From Azolla caroliniana (lineage: Eukaryota; Plantae; Polypodiophyta), in NCBI GenBank assembly GCA_043228905.1, contig JBHGNT010000009.1, positions 806,001 to 870,000 of the forward strand: a stretch of 64,000 bases of DNA, given 5' to 3'. The notes beneath the pieces were generated by a model that saw nothing but the letters and a program-made list of their open reading frames with translations, ran no database searches and was not told the origin of the DNA. The position numbers were made by a program, and so were the translations under genes. Position 1 is the first letter of the stretch; each line of letters opens with the position of its first letter. Shown in pieces: positions 50,834-63,992 of this stretch.

Positions 50834-53800
50834 TTATTTACAGTATAGGCCCTGATCTATTTCTGCTGGTATGGGTTTGATCTCTGTACCCAACTCTTGT
50901 TCAATTTTGTAGCTGCACGACAAAACAACATGGTTGAGAATAGATAACCACATAATTGGATCATTCAATTTGACTATGAGAACACATTAACATTCCAACT
51001 TTGAGGGAACAGGGTAAGAATGTAGCTGCCCGTTTAAATTTTTATGATTTGTGCTATCACATCAATAAAAATTTCCGATAACAGTCTAAAGACTCTTGAT
51101 GAAGGCTTTCAATGCTTCCTTTTCAGTATCATTTCTTTAACTCTTCTCATTTGAATGACATTATATTATCAGTCGCAATACCTCAATGCATCTTGTAGGA
51201 CATTAATACTTGTTCCTATCTTCTGCCCTCCCTCTCTATATTACTGAAACCATATGTGGCACAATGTCTGCATATGTCAAGAGCCTATGGCAAGTACAAA
51301 AGGGCTACAAGCATGTACAACAGTAGTGTATCTACAAAGGATTCTTTACTGAGATGCACGGAGATGGTAGTGAAGGATGTGGACGATAATAATGCCACTG
51401 TACAGAGGTCACCTAAAATGAGACAAAAATAGTAAATCTCAAGTTTGGAGAAAGCGTCTTTGTTAACTCTGAGCAATCAATCTGAGATGTGTTATATGAA
51501 GCATCTCAAACCTCATACAGTGAAACAAACTATATTTGGAGAAAAGAGGCCCTGAGTAAACAGCTCCACCAAGAATACGTGAGCGCAAACACTTTCTTAT
51601 GCACCAATTTGTTATGGAGATAATAGTGAAATGTCTAAAAGGCAATTTTGTTGGAAGAAATCTGTATGAGGATAGCATGTCACAGTGTCTTTGAAATAAA
51701 ATGTTCCTTTGAGAAGGAAAACAAGTACCCTCAGACTGGCGATGGGTCCCAAACAAACTCCACACTTTCCAATCAGAAAATATTCTAGAAAATGCGACAT
51801 TTAGTGTAGCACACACCATTTATTGTCTCATTGAAGATATGGATAAGATTAGACTGGTATCCATATTGTTCACAACTAGGTGGTGCTGTCTATTTTTCAC
51901 CAGAAGACTGGAGATGCATACTGGAAATTGAATTGTCATGCACAATTTGCTTTCACATTGAACGTGTTTGAGAGGCCCATAAGGGCTCAGATATCTTTTA
52001 TGCAAAGTCTAATCAGTAGACTATGTACAACATGGAAGGATTGTATGACAAGCAAGGTGCATCAGACAGGAAACGTGCTTGAGAGGCCCATAAGGGTTCA
52101 GGAATCTTTTATGCAAAGTCTAATCAGTAGACTATGTACAACATGGAAGGATTGCATGACATGGTGCACCAGACATGAAACGTGCTTGAGAGGCCCATAA
52201 GGGCTCAGGAATCTTTTATGCAAAGTCTAATCAGTAGACTATGTACAACATGGAAGGATTGCATGGCAAGGTGCACCAGACAGGAAACGTGATTGAGAGG
52301 CCCATAAGGGCTCAGGAATCATTTATGCAAAGTCTAATCAGTAGACTATGTACAACATGGAAGGATTGCATGACAAGGTGCACCAGACAGGAAAAGAGAA
52401 CCTCCTCAAAAATTCAGTTTGAAGAGACACATAGGTATACATGGCATAAGACCCTTGAATGGCCTTTTCTGCATAGCGTATATTTGAGGAGAACATTATA
52501 TGGAATCGAAAATACAACTATAGCTTTTGTTTTACTTACAGAGGTATATGATTACAAACCTTCCTGGTCTGTGAAGATGCTTTCAAAGACACTGTAGCTC
52601 AAACAGAATTCAACAAATATAACGAAGGATAGGAACTTACAACTGAAATCTATCTTCGTATTTTATGAGGTTTACAGCTAATCCAAGGTGCCCAAATCTT
52701 CCAGACCGCCCTACCTGCATCAATATATGAAACTTAATACAGCAATAGGAAACGAATCTATAATCCGATCACTAAAAATAGGAAGGTTAAAACTTACCCT
52801 ATGCAAGTAGGTTTCAGAAGTTTTTGGAAAATCAAAATTGATGACAACATTAACGGCTTGAACATCAATGCCTCTTGTAAATACATCTGGAAAATACAAC
52901 TCAAAAAAGAAAACAAGTTAATTCAAGTGTTTTTTATTCCCTCAGAAGTAGGCCGGGGTTATCAATGTTGCAAGGAGGCAGTGTTATAATAATAACTACC
53001 TGAGCAGACAAGGTTTCTGCAAGCACCATTTCTGAAATCATGGAATACTTTGTTTCTATGTGATTGCACCATCTTGGCATGAATGTAGAAGCAGGAGTAT
53101 CCTAATTCAGTTATTTTCTTTGCAAGGAGCTCCACCCGATTTACCGAATTGCAGAATATTATTGATTGGTTGATTTGCAGCTGAAAACACAGCTATTGAT
53201 CAGAATGCAACTATTTTTATTAGTAAGAAAATGCTACACCATCTGATCATACAGGCTTACTTTTGAAAACAGTGTATTTAGGCAATGGACTTTTTGCTTC
53301 TCTTCAACAAATGCATAGTACTGGGTTATACCCTTTAGGGTCAGCTCATCCATCAAGTTAATTACATAAGTCTTATTGAGAAACCTGTCCTTGAAAGATT
53401 TTATCGTCACAGGGAATGTTGCAGAGAAAAGTAAAATCTGTCTATTCTGGGGTAAATATGATAACGCTTGAATAATAGAAGGAAGAGACTCTGGTGACAG
53501 AAGTTTGTCAGCCTGTCAAGTAGCACAACCAAAACAGAAGAAGCGAACATGTCAGTTGCAAAATAATCTATCACAGGCTACTACAAAAGCCTTTAAAAGC
53601 ATGGATACCTCATCCATAACCAGCATTCCACATCCACTTAGATTACAAACACCCTTGTTGGCCAAATCCAAAACCCTTCCTGTAGTACCAACAAGAATAT
53701 GTACTGGCTCATACAATCTCATAATATCATCCTTCAAACTAGTGCCGCCAGTTGTAGACATGATCTCTATTTTCAAATACTTGGCAAGCTCTTTGCAGAC

Positions 53801-56800
53801 TTGTGCAGTCTGTAAAGCCAACTCCCTTGTTGGAACCAGTATAAGAGCTATAAAAAAATTGTGAACTTCCTCATTAAAACACGCAATTAAAGCATCACAA
53901 ATAGATAGACTCAGCTATCCATAGGAAAAATGTAAGATTAAAACAAAAATAATCACAAACACAAACCTTGAATAAAATTTTTGTTAGGATCCACCTTTTC
54001 AATGACAGGGATACAAAATGCTGCTGTTTTCCCAGTCCCATTCTTGGCCCTTGCTAAAATATCACTTCCTGTCAATGCAATCGGTATACTTTCTTCCTGA
54101 ATTGGTGATGGCTTCTCAAAACCTTTCTCAAATATACCCATTAGCAACTCCTTCTTCAGAAAATAATCTTCAAACTCATTTCCTTTTGTAGCAGTTACAT
54201 CCTATCAATAAACAAAAGAGCAATCTTAATGTTTAGAATTAAATCAGCAGTGTGGAGGTACATGAATGTATATGACAAAGGCATACCTCTGTCCTATATC
54301 GAGTATCAACTGGAGGACGCTTAATTTGTGATTTCCAATCTTGCATAGTGCCAAGAGATGCAGGCGATGAATCTACCATAATATTCACTCTAATCATGAA
54401 GACTAATAAGAATCAACAACTATTGCCACAGGTAAAGAGGATATAAATCATCATAACCAAGGATCAAGGATAAAAAATCATGAATATGAATGACATAATC
54501 CATTATGTGAAAAATTTTAAAAGATAATGATGATTTTAGATGTTATAATCCATCACATCAGCATATGTCATAAAGAGGATGCACCTAGATTCAACATAGC
54601 TAAAAATCCCTTGGATCTATGGAAACCATCATGAATCTGAATGATACAATCCATTCGGCGACAAATTACAAAAGATGTGTTTTTTCATATAGCACAACCT
54701 CTAGAGGATATGCTCAATCCATCCTATCACAATTTGAGTTTGAGCTTCATATCTTGTACACAAAATAGATTATACTGCTCCAGGTTCCATCACATACAAA
54801 TATCTTATAAGATGAGCATTTAGATTATAGGTTTCAGGCTTTAGCAAAGAATGAGGATGGCATATTGCCTTAAGCATTATCCAAGGGAAACATTTTCATG
54901 GAAGACTACAGCTAGTAAAACTCCTGATTAGATTTTTCTAAGCTCTGAACAATTTCTACTTGTTTAGACTAGTTGATGACAGATAGCATGGCTCTCTAAA
55001 TCTGATTCTTTTAAGCTAGCATGAATATATCTCACAGTGTGGTTAAAACGGCACTCGGTAACATGAGTTGAATCAACACGCTCACATTATCACCAATTAA
55101 GAAAGCCACTCATTTAATTATTTCGATCACTGATGATATCATTACATTAATTAAGACATTACGTAGATATACTGATGTAATATGGGCTATGGGAAAGGTT
55201 CACTTCGACCATAGATTATATTCAAATGTTGCATTTGTGGTAACTTTTCTCTCACTATAAAATAAGTGACCACACTTTTCTCTCACTTTATGAGGACTAT
55301 CTCCCTTTCCAGCTCAAAAGTAACTTTACCATTTAGTATTCATTCACTACCTTCCTTTCAACTTGATTCAGCTATTGTTACCATCCAAATTGCTGCTCCA
55401 TCACTTGATATTGCAATGTTGCCACCTAACTCCTAGAGTTATTGAGCTAAGATCACCTTCTTTACATAGCTACGTGTCAAAAACTATCTTCTTCTCATGC
55501 AAGAAGTGGTTTTAACCAATGAGCCAAAAGACGTTAGCATGAATACAAAACTGCATGCAGATTAGCGGTGCATCAATGACATACCTTGCAATGACCTTAC
55601 ACTCGCTACTAATTAGTATATCACCTCAATCTCACCAAAACAGACAAGGGAGTGTAGAATAACATTACCCAGTAATATCGAAACCAAAAGTTATTTCTAA
55701 AACTGCAACTTTGTACAGTGATTTTAATACATCTGGCACTCTCAACAGCATCTATATGTTCTGAAGAACAATATGTATAATATTCTTCAAAGCACACTAG
55801 ATAATAAAAAGGAAAGTTCTACTTGAAATACAAGCACAATACGAATATTCCATGAAGAAATAATGGGTATCTTGCTAAATTAGGGGCAGCAAGGTGAGGA
55901 CTTTGACGCATAAATACTACACCAATGCAACAGACAAAAAAATGCTCGTTCAAAGCAGTAGAACTCAAGGGGCCTCAAATTACTCGAGCAGACATACTTC
56001 CTACTGATGGCGACAAAGGTTGGGTATTGTGCCCTATCGATTTCTGGCACACCTCTTTTCAAAGCCAACATTAAGAGGTAAATATTATCAAGGGAAACAG
56101 TGGTTAGAACCACTTGTGTTCTCTAAGATCACTCCAGGTTCCAGGTATATCAAGCCTCTGAATCATGTAAACGTCTATTGCCTTTCACTGTGGTAACCTT
56201 TGGTCAGATTTTGAATCATTGAATGTGTTGGAAAACATACCTCTGAGAGATATACTAATTGCTAAGATATCCAAGGAAACCAACTATGACCAGATTTCAT
56301 GTATAGCAAGCCTCTGGATCATGTAAAAGTGTATTGTCTTTCATGATGCTAACCTTTTGTCAGCATCTGCATTATAAGTTGTGTTGGAAAACATACCTCT
56401 GAGAGATACACTAGTCCATAAGGTATCCAAGGAAACACATTGTCTCTGCACAATTCAAATTTGTTCTAATATTTTGGTCTCCTTGGAGGCAAGATTTTCC
56501 CATTTGCATTTTTAGGCATTCAACTCAGGGACAATACATTGCTATCTTAGCATTAATACTTCCCCAGTTTTATGTGTTTGTATTCATGTATCTGAGTTTC
56601 ATTTTTCACTAATGATCAGCTGGGGAAACATATTGAGGATTATACCTCCCTTTCTTCCACCACTAAACTCTCAAAAAGTAAATAGCAGTGCTGAATTCTA
56701 CTTCTGATTATTTCCATATCCTCTCTCTCACCTCAACTTCATCAATATATTGTTTCATTGTACTTTCCTCAAACATATTTGACAATGAGGTGAAGCTTTT

Positions 56801-56885
56801 CTTACCTTGAGCTGCTTGGTTCATTTGAAGCTGAGGCAAAGTTTGGTCGCCTGTTAACCACCTGATAATTGCGTGTGGATGACAT
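50834..56885 (-). CDS. DDX6: DEAD-box RNA helicase, DDX6/Dhh1 family (RH6/RH8/RH12-like; 443 aa)
   Basis: Exons 56885-56806, 54389-54287, 54201-53967, 53847-53609, 53512-53261, 53180-53000, 52886-52798, 52714-52641, 50912-50834 (1332 nt in frame). Motifs [71 protein letters not shown]. The first coding exon is the least certain. Probable 5'UTR exon at ~58096-58170. Confidence 0.93.
51960..52392. repeat. Four tandem copies of a ~107-bp unit in the last coding intron of the helicase gene
   Basis: Units start at ~51960, 52070, 52177 and 52284: gaaacgtgcttgagaggcccataagggctcaggaatcttttatgcaaagtctaatcagtagactatgtacaacatggaagg..ggtgcaccagacag. Confidence 0.95.
56151..56436. repeat. Diverged two-copy duplication (~156-bp period) in the first coding intron of the helicase gene
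   Basis: caagcctctg.atcatgtaaa..tgtgttggaaaacatacctctgagagata..tatccaaggaaac at ~56151 and ~56307. Confidence 0.85.
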
Positions 56886-57026
56886 CCAAGATGAAGCTAG
56901 TAATACCCTGGAATGCGTTTTGAAATTAGTGAATCAGCAGAACAACATTCAGCAACATGCTCTTGGCATTGTATCTTTTATTTCAGCATATAAGAGGAAT
57001 TTCAGGAAGTCAAAGCATAATATCAG

Positions 57027-57213
57027 CCAATCAACTCAAATTGTCATTTGAAAGCTTCAAAAGTTTCATCTCTAGTCCTTTTTCTAATAGCACCTAATCA
57101 AGAACAATAATAAAATTTCATATCCAATCAACTCAATGCTACTTGCAAGCTTCAAAAGTTATAACCTCAAATCCTTTTTTTAAAAGTAGCTGAGCAAGAA
57201 CAATGATAAAATT
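57027..57213. repeat. Diverged two-copy duplication (~97-bp period) in the helicase 5'UTR intron
   Basis: ccaatcaactcaa..aagcttcaaaagtt..tccttttt..aagaacaat.ataaaatt at ~57027 and ~57124. Confidence 0.75.
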
Positions 57214-58399
57214 GAATACCAAGAGCATTTTGGTCCTTGAACATAACTGAAAAAACAGCTAACAGGAACAGCATTTCTTCCTAACAACATCATAATATGC
57301 ATTGGAAGTTTTGTATACATATATAGAACTATTTACTAGAAGATGAAAAACTATTCTGAAATGTTTCCATTCATCATAATAGAATGCCACAATATCATCT
57401 TCACGATGTGGCTTCGATACTGTCATGTAAAGGAATTCGGGACTTTAAAAGCATCACATCCATTTGAAGCTTTAAAGTTATCCTCTCAAGGATTTATGAC
57501 GAACCGTGAAAATCAGCTAAGGCATGAGTGGTTTAATACATGAAACGAAATGGAAAAACCTTCTATAGATATCAAGCTAAATATATGTGCGTAGAAAATT
57601 TTGTTCGATCTTGGAAATAAGTATTTCTGTTGATGAAGGCCAACCTATAGCTTGGAGATTAGTATTTCTGATGATCGACGCCAAAAGTATACACATGAAA
57701 AACAATTCGTTCAAGATTGGAAATTAGGCTATCTTGTAGAGACTTGAATTGAAGCTTGTATGTAAAAATTTCGGAAATAACTAATAAATCTAATCTTCCA
57801 GATCTTACTGTCTGTTGCAGATCTCTAAACTCTAAGACAAAAATGCTTCAGATCTATGAAAATAAACTCACTCGGAATTTGTTTAACCGACCTGAGAAAA
57901 AGGTGGAGACTCTGATATCAGAGAGAGAAAAGTTCTATCTTTCCTTTAAAATTACGAGAAAAATAAAAGAAACCAAGCAGAAGGAAGCTTCCGATCACTT
58001 GCGTCGAAAAGACACAGAAACGCGAAGAGAGGAAGTAGTTAATTTGAAGCAAGCAAAGTCTCTGTGCACAGGGATCGAAGGAGAAGGGAGCGTACCTGTG
58101 AATGCGCTGCGAGGGAATCGACGATGATTTTGCGAGGGAAAGGAGGAGGGAGGGGGGATGGAGATGCCCGAGATATGTATTTCCTTTGTTTTTTATAGGT
58201 AAGCGATGAACATTGTGATTTCTATCTATAATAATAATCTAAGACGGCAATTATGAGGTAGGAAACAGGTCCTCGTTCCATTCCATATGTACTAAGTTCC
58301 AACAATAATAATAATAATAGTATGAAACAGGTCCTCGTTCTTTATGATCAGAATAATTGTTATTCATTTACGACTGCCCCTACCCTCGCTCTCGTTGGC

Positions 58400-60450
58400 A
58401 GGAAAAATGGTTGATATGGTAGGTTCCTGCATCTTTAATATCTTTTGTATACCATATCCATCCATGTCAAAAGTGACTTAAACTTCTAGGTAGAAACTTT
58501 TTGGTTGTGCTAAGTTGTCTTCTCTAGTTATCCCGTCGTCTTCTCCAATTATCCACTATCGTTTATATGCACAAATATCCCTCATGATCTAAGCAATATT
58601 CGCATTATATTCCAATAGCCACACATGCTCCCCAATGTGAAACATATGTTTCTTGGGTGAAGAGTCGACACAACGACGATTTGCAATTGACTTTTGTGAG
58701 ACCTAAGCATTGCATGAATGTTGAGAGAATTCAACCTAAATCTCTCATAGTTGTGCCACATGATCTCCAATAATAATGTTCCCCTATGATCAACCACCTT
58801 TTTTTGTTATTTTATGTCCTTTTCTATGGCATAGGTTTGAATTGAAACATATTCATATGGTGCTTTCCCTTCCAACATTTTCTCGACCTATTTTTTATAT
58901 AAGTGCATCATGAGATATCTTTCTATGCTTGATTGCCTATCATGCGCAATTTATATTTATGGTGACTCCAAGTAAGTTTTCAATGACTTTACAATCTATC
59001 ATGGCATGGCCTCTCTTTTGTGATGGTGTGGGATCTCTATCGTGACTTTGTCACTAGCATCGACTCGTAGGTGGAGTCGTAAATGTTAGGGGTGGTACCT
59101 CAAGTTTTGTGCTCTAACAAACAATTAATTATATTCCCCCGAGAAGCATTGAGATCCTCAAATATTGTCAAGTACGTATCATACTTACTGGAAGGTTCAA
59201 AGGAGATTAGAGAAATAATGATAATTCAGTGAATGTATAAAGAAAACAAGAACTTAAGAAAATTAACTAACCAATGTCCATAGTGATTGGATAACCTAAC
59301 CTATTGGTTTAGTGCTCTTGAGATGACATTGATCCCTTCTTTACTTTCGCATGTATCTCTTCCCTTTCTATTTTTATGACCACTTTCCTCGAGAGCTTGG
59401 GAATGGCTTGCCCTAAAAGCTTCAAGCCACGATCATCTCATGAACAACTCCAACAATGTGCAAACAACCAAGTGCATGTCCTAATCATAGTCAAAGTCAT
59501 GTCTCCTCATCGAGTCCACATATGAGGCCATCTATTGTCTTCTCGCAAGTAGGAAGAGACATTGATCATTGTTTAGCTACTATCAATCAATCAATCATTA
59601 AGACCAATGTGACCTATGGAACCAAATTAACATATTGTCTTGTACGTGGCTCCTTCCTGAGGAGGGGCTTTATTACTTTGTAGTAAGAACACTCGATTTG
59701 AAACTAATGCTCACACATATGTGCTCACCCTTGTCAATGGAGATTTGAGTATGACATTCACGTTATCATGGTCATTTAATAAGTCATCATATTTTCCACA
59801 AATTTACCTTATACAAATTTGAGCATGTAATAAGCAAGTGATATTCGTCCTCCTCCAGGTTTTCATTGCATATCTTCATATTTGCATGATCAGGTGGTGA
59901 TGCTACCTCAACACCTAACTAGTGTGAGCAACTTCGAATAAGTGGTTCGTTGAGAGCCAATGCTTTGTGGGGCATTGAGATGCAATTGGATACACTTTGG
60001 CATTTTTTCCTTGTATCGGGGCCAATTTTGGGGGTTAACGTTTGCAATGCAATATTCTAATTTTGACATTTTAGCATTTTGCCACTCCATACTTAATGCT
60101 TCTAATACTTTGTCCTCAATAATCACGCACTTCATAGCATCACATGAGAGCTCAAGAGTCAAGAGTCCAACCAATAGTTTACTCCTCATCTCTTAAATCA
60201 TTTCATAATGTCAAGCATCCAACAAGATGAGGGGATTTTGCTCTTATTAATTATTTGTACTTTGCATCCCGCTTTTCGATCTTGTTTGGGCAATCTATGA
60301 TAGTGCACATTCTTGACTTTTTTGATGTATTTGATACTTTTTGCATGGCTAATATCTCTATGGGTGGAGCACCTATTTCTAATAGCATGATAGGATAGGA
60401 TGTTGAGGTAGAACTTCAATCTAGAGAAAGACTTATGCCCCATGCATCAC
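58400..60450 (-). mobile_element. Highly decayed Ty3/gypsy pol remnant (RT-RNase H-integrase order)
   Basis: On the minus strand: FSRL..SYHAIR (~60430-60380; like FSKLDL.SGYHQIR), PTCEKTIDGLI (~59550-59520; like Y.T.EKELLAI) and FHIGEHVWL (~58643-58617; like the integrase tail F.VGD.VWL). All matches are short and degenerate. Confidence 0.5.
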
Positions 60451-61542
60451 AACATCTCCCTTGATGTTCTCCATTGATTAGAAATTATTATTCACGCGGA
60501 ATTTAACTAGCCCAACTAGCCAAAATTATTTAAGAAGCACTGAAGCTCAATTATTGCAACACTCTTTGAATACATTTATTTGTATTCACTTAATTTTGAA
60601 CTTACAAACTTGCTCATTCTATTACAACATGTGGATTCACATTTTTAAACAAAAAGTTTAGAATTCCATCACAATGATTTGGTTGCTTATAAAAATGCAA
60701 CTAGATAACACACACTATTAATTTGAATAAATCTTTTAAAAGCTCAATTCCTCATTACGAATGTTATTAAAACCTACACACAATAAAATGTCAACAAACT
60801 AGGGCTACAATGCCATTATAATAGTTTTGCTTCATCAATAATTCAAGATCTCTTAAAATTGTTCTACATTTGAAAGCGACACTATCACAAGCCATTTGTA
60901 ATTCTTTCTTGGGATAATGTCTACAATAGGTTACACATAATTAAAACATTTGGACGCTTAGTCTATTTAAAAATGCTTGTTTTAAGATTTTTGAGCAATG
61001 ATACATGCATGCATGGCATATGTGCATATATGTATAGATACACATAGAAGGGAGAAGAGGAATGTGGCAACTTTCAATGGGTTATTGAGTTCATGAATTA
61101 CTTGTGGAATTATTTGCACGAATCATCGTGAGGTTGTCGTGCGAGATCATTCCAACACTTGATCTCGGAATCCCAACATCTGTCCGTAAGACTTGGGCAC
61201 TAACACGTTCCCAAAAGGTTACTATAATGGCTCTCTTTGAACCACATGGTCACATGGATTAATGCTTAACACAATACATTAGGGGGACTTAAACATATCT
61301 AATGACATTTAAGTGAAGGGATATTAAATTAAAAAATCACCAAAAACTTCCTCCTTTAATTAATATATAGAAATTAAAAGGGCTCCAAGAGATTAAGGTT
61401 CGGGTTTGGGTTAGGACCTCAAAAAAATCTTATCGTGGACGCACACACATCAGACCGCAGGCGCCTCTCGCCCTCTTCGTCTTCGTCTTCTGTTTTTCTT
61501 CGTCTGGCTTCTGCTCCTTCATCTGCATTCCTCTCGTCGCTC

Positions 61543-61678
61543 CACCATCACCATCACCATCACCATCACCATCACCATCACCATCACCATCACCATCACC
61601 ATCACCATAACCATAACCATCACCATCACCATCGCCATCGCCATCGCCATCACCAGCACCTCCACCTCCACCTCCACC
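61543..61678. repeat. (CCATCA)n/(CCACCT)n hexamer microsatellite in the SKP1-like 5' leader
   Basis: Read directly. It explains the poly-His and GD-repeat ORFs in the track. Confidence 0.95.
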
Positions 61679-61849
61679 TTTAAACCTGTTTTCTTTCCTG
61701 CCTTCTTCAGAGAGCAGCCAGAGATATCGTCGTATCCCTTGATCCGTTTCGAATCCGCTAGCCCTCCACCTTTTGTCGATTCTCATAATCATCTCCACGT
61801 CCGAGCTCTGGATTCTGCAACAGCTCGCTTTTCTTCATCTTCGATTCCC

Positions 61850-63992
61850 ATGGCTGCTGACAAGCACCAGGTTTGCAACGGGTTGTCATTGCAAAAAAAG
61901 AAGAAGATGTTTTCTTGTTCTCTTCCCCCCCTGTGATTTTTCTATGTCTCTGCACGCCGTCGTCCCCCCCTTCAAATAACCCTGGAAACTGCCGAGGAGA
62001 AGATCTACGAGTTTATTTTATAAAGCGATCCATCTTCTATGAGCAGGGTTGCTCTTCTTTTTGATGCAACAATTTACTGTTTTCTTGATCATTTCTGTAC
62101 TATATGTTTCCTTGTCACGAGAAAACTTTCTCTTTACCTTTAAAATCCTGATGCCAAATTACTTTAAAACTAGACTCTTTCCTACACTTTGCTACTCTTT
62201 CTTTGCTTTCAAACACTCAGAGAAGGAAAACTTGATAATGGAATGTCCTGATTTTATGAATTTTTGCATACCTGTGCGGTGTCATTATCTATATGCTCGC
62301 TGTTTTCTTTCCTTTGAAACACTCGTGCTGAATTTTGAGCAGATATTTGAACTTAAGCTAGATACAAAATCCATTGCTATTTTGATCTATTTATACTCTG
62401 CTGTGTACTGATCTACATGTGCTGAATTTGGTTTTACCTTGAAATAATTCTAGAAAATGATGAGTGGAATGCAACCTAGAATAGTTTATTTTAGTGAAGA
62501 ATTTAACTCCCATGATTGTAATGCATTTTGATGACAATATTGAAATATGTTTTTGACTGTTTGCATCTTGTGATGTCTTTTTCCTATATCGACATCATTT
62601 TGCTTTCCATTGAATACTTTCAAACGTAGGTTAACGTTAATGCGATTGTAATTGTTCTTGATCACTGGCATTTTCTGTTGTCTTTTATCTATGACTATTA
62701 TTTATTTTCCCCTTGAAATACTCCTCCTTAATAGGACGCAATCTCCATGCAAATTTTTGACTGACTTTTGATTGCCTACACTACATATGATTTTGCTTTC
62801 CCTCTGATAACTTTCCTGGAACGTGTTCACTAGAAGGGTGCTTTGCTCTGATAACTTTCCTGAAACATGCTCACTAGAAGGGAAGATCGATGCAAATGTA
62901 CTGTCTTCAATTGCGTGCATCTTCATCTTGTGCTACCTTTTATATCTATGGACAACATTTTTCTTTCTGTCAATGTACTCCTAAAACAAACTGAAGAGAA
63001 GGCTAGGTTGAAGAGTTTATTTTAGAGAAGCAATTTATCTCTCTAATAATCCCTACTTTCTATTTTCCTGAGAAAATTAGTTTTCCCTTGAAATACTCTT
63101 AACAAGTAATGAGGTGAAAATTAATTTTAACATTCGGTTTCATAAAAACATTCGAAGCTATCCTACCAGGAACACATAGTTAGCTTTTTATGCATATGTT
63201 AAAAGGATACATAATTCGACCAGTGCAACTTACTTTCATATGTTTTGTGCAGAATGAAAGTCATAATATGGCTACCAAAAGCATGGTGCCAGAAAGTTTA
63301 TTGCAAGCTCCCAAATCGTTCATATGGTTGGAAAGTGCCGATGGCCACCAAGAAGAAGTAGAACAGGAGGTAGCCATGTTATGCCCCTTCATATGGAGGG
63401 CTATCTATCAGAATGGGAGTGGAACATCCAGGAAAACTCCAGTTGTTCTACCTTCACAGGTCACCCTCAGTGTTCTGACACCTATCTTAGAGTATTGCAG
63501 ATTCCATCAACAACCAGGGAGATCTAACAAGGTTGAAGCCTCTATCTGATTGTGGTTATTTGTTTCTTGTAATGCATTTGCTAACGTAACACAATCTATC
63601 TCTTTCCTATCTTGTAGGAGAGGAAATTATTTGATGAAAGGTTCATAAGGCTTGATACAAAGAAACTTTGTGAATTAACTGCTGCAGCTGATACCCTTGA
63701 AATGAAGGCATTGGTTGACTTAACAAGCAGAGCCCTGGCAAGGATGATAGAAGGAAAAACACCTGAGGAAATTCGTGAAACATTCCATTTACCAGATGAT
63801 TTGACTGAGGTAGCTATCTTCTGAAGGCACATATTTCTTTCATAAAAACATGTGGCCTCATCGATAGTGATGAATTTGCAGGAAGAGAAACTTGAGCCCC
63901 TGAAGAATACAACAGATGATCCGCGAATCAGGTTACTGAATCGACTTTATGCCAAAAAGCGTAAAGAACTTCAGGAGAAGGAGAAGCTTAAG
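61850..63992 (+). CDS. ASK21: SKP1-like protein, type II (ASK20/ASK21-like); 3' end lies outside the window
   Basis: Exons 61850-61870 (MAADKHQ), 63253-63531, 63618-63809, 63882-63992. Motifs FIWLESADG..VEQEVAMLCP, YCRFHQQPGRSNKERK, LVDLTSRALARMIEGKTPEEIRE, DDLTEEEKLEPL, DDPRIRLLNRLYAKKRKEL. The start could alternatively be 63268. Confidence 0.93.

Noticed and set aside
51880-52597. Repetitive ORFs of 106 and 118 aa
   Set aside because: They arise from the 107-bp array antisense within an intron, and the frame shifts between units.
61430-61798. Poly-His and GD-repeat ORFs
   Set aside because: These are translations of the (CCATCA)n microsatellite in a 5' leader.
11199-63992. The eight genes as a functional gene cluster
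   Set aside because: The functions are unrelated (signalling, organellar RNA, ER shaping, tyrosine catabolism, mRNA decay, ubiquitination). Only the HIR pair is clearly linked.
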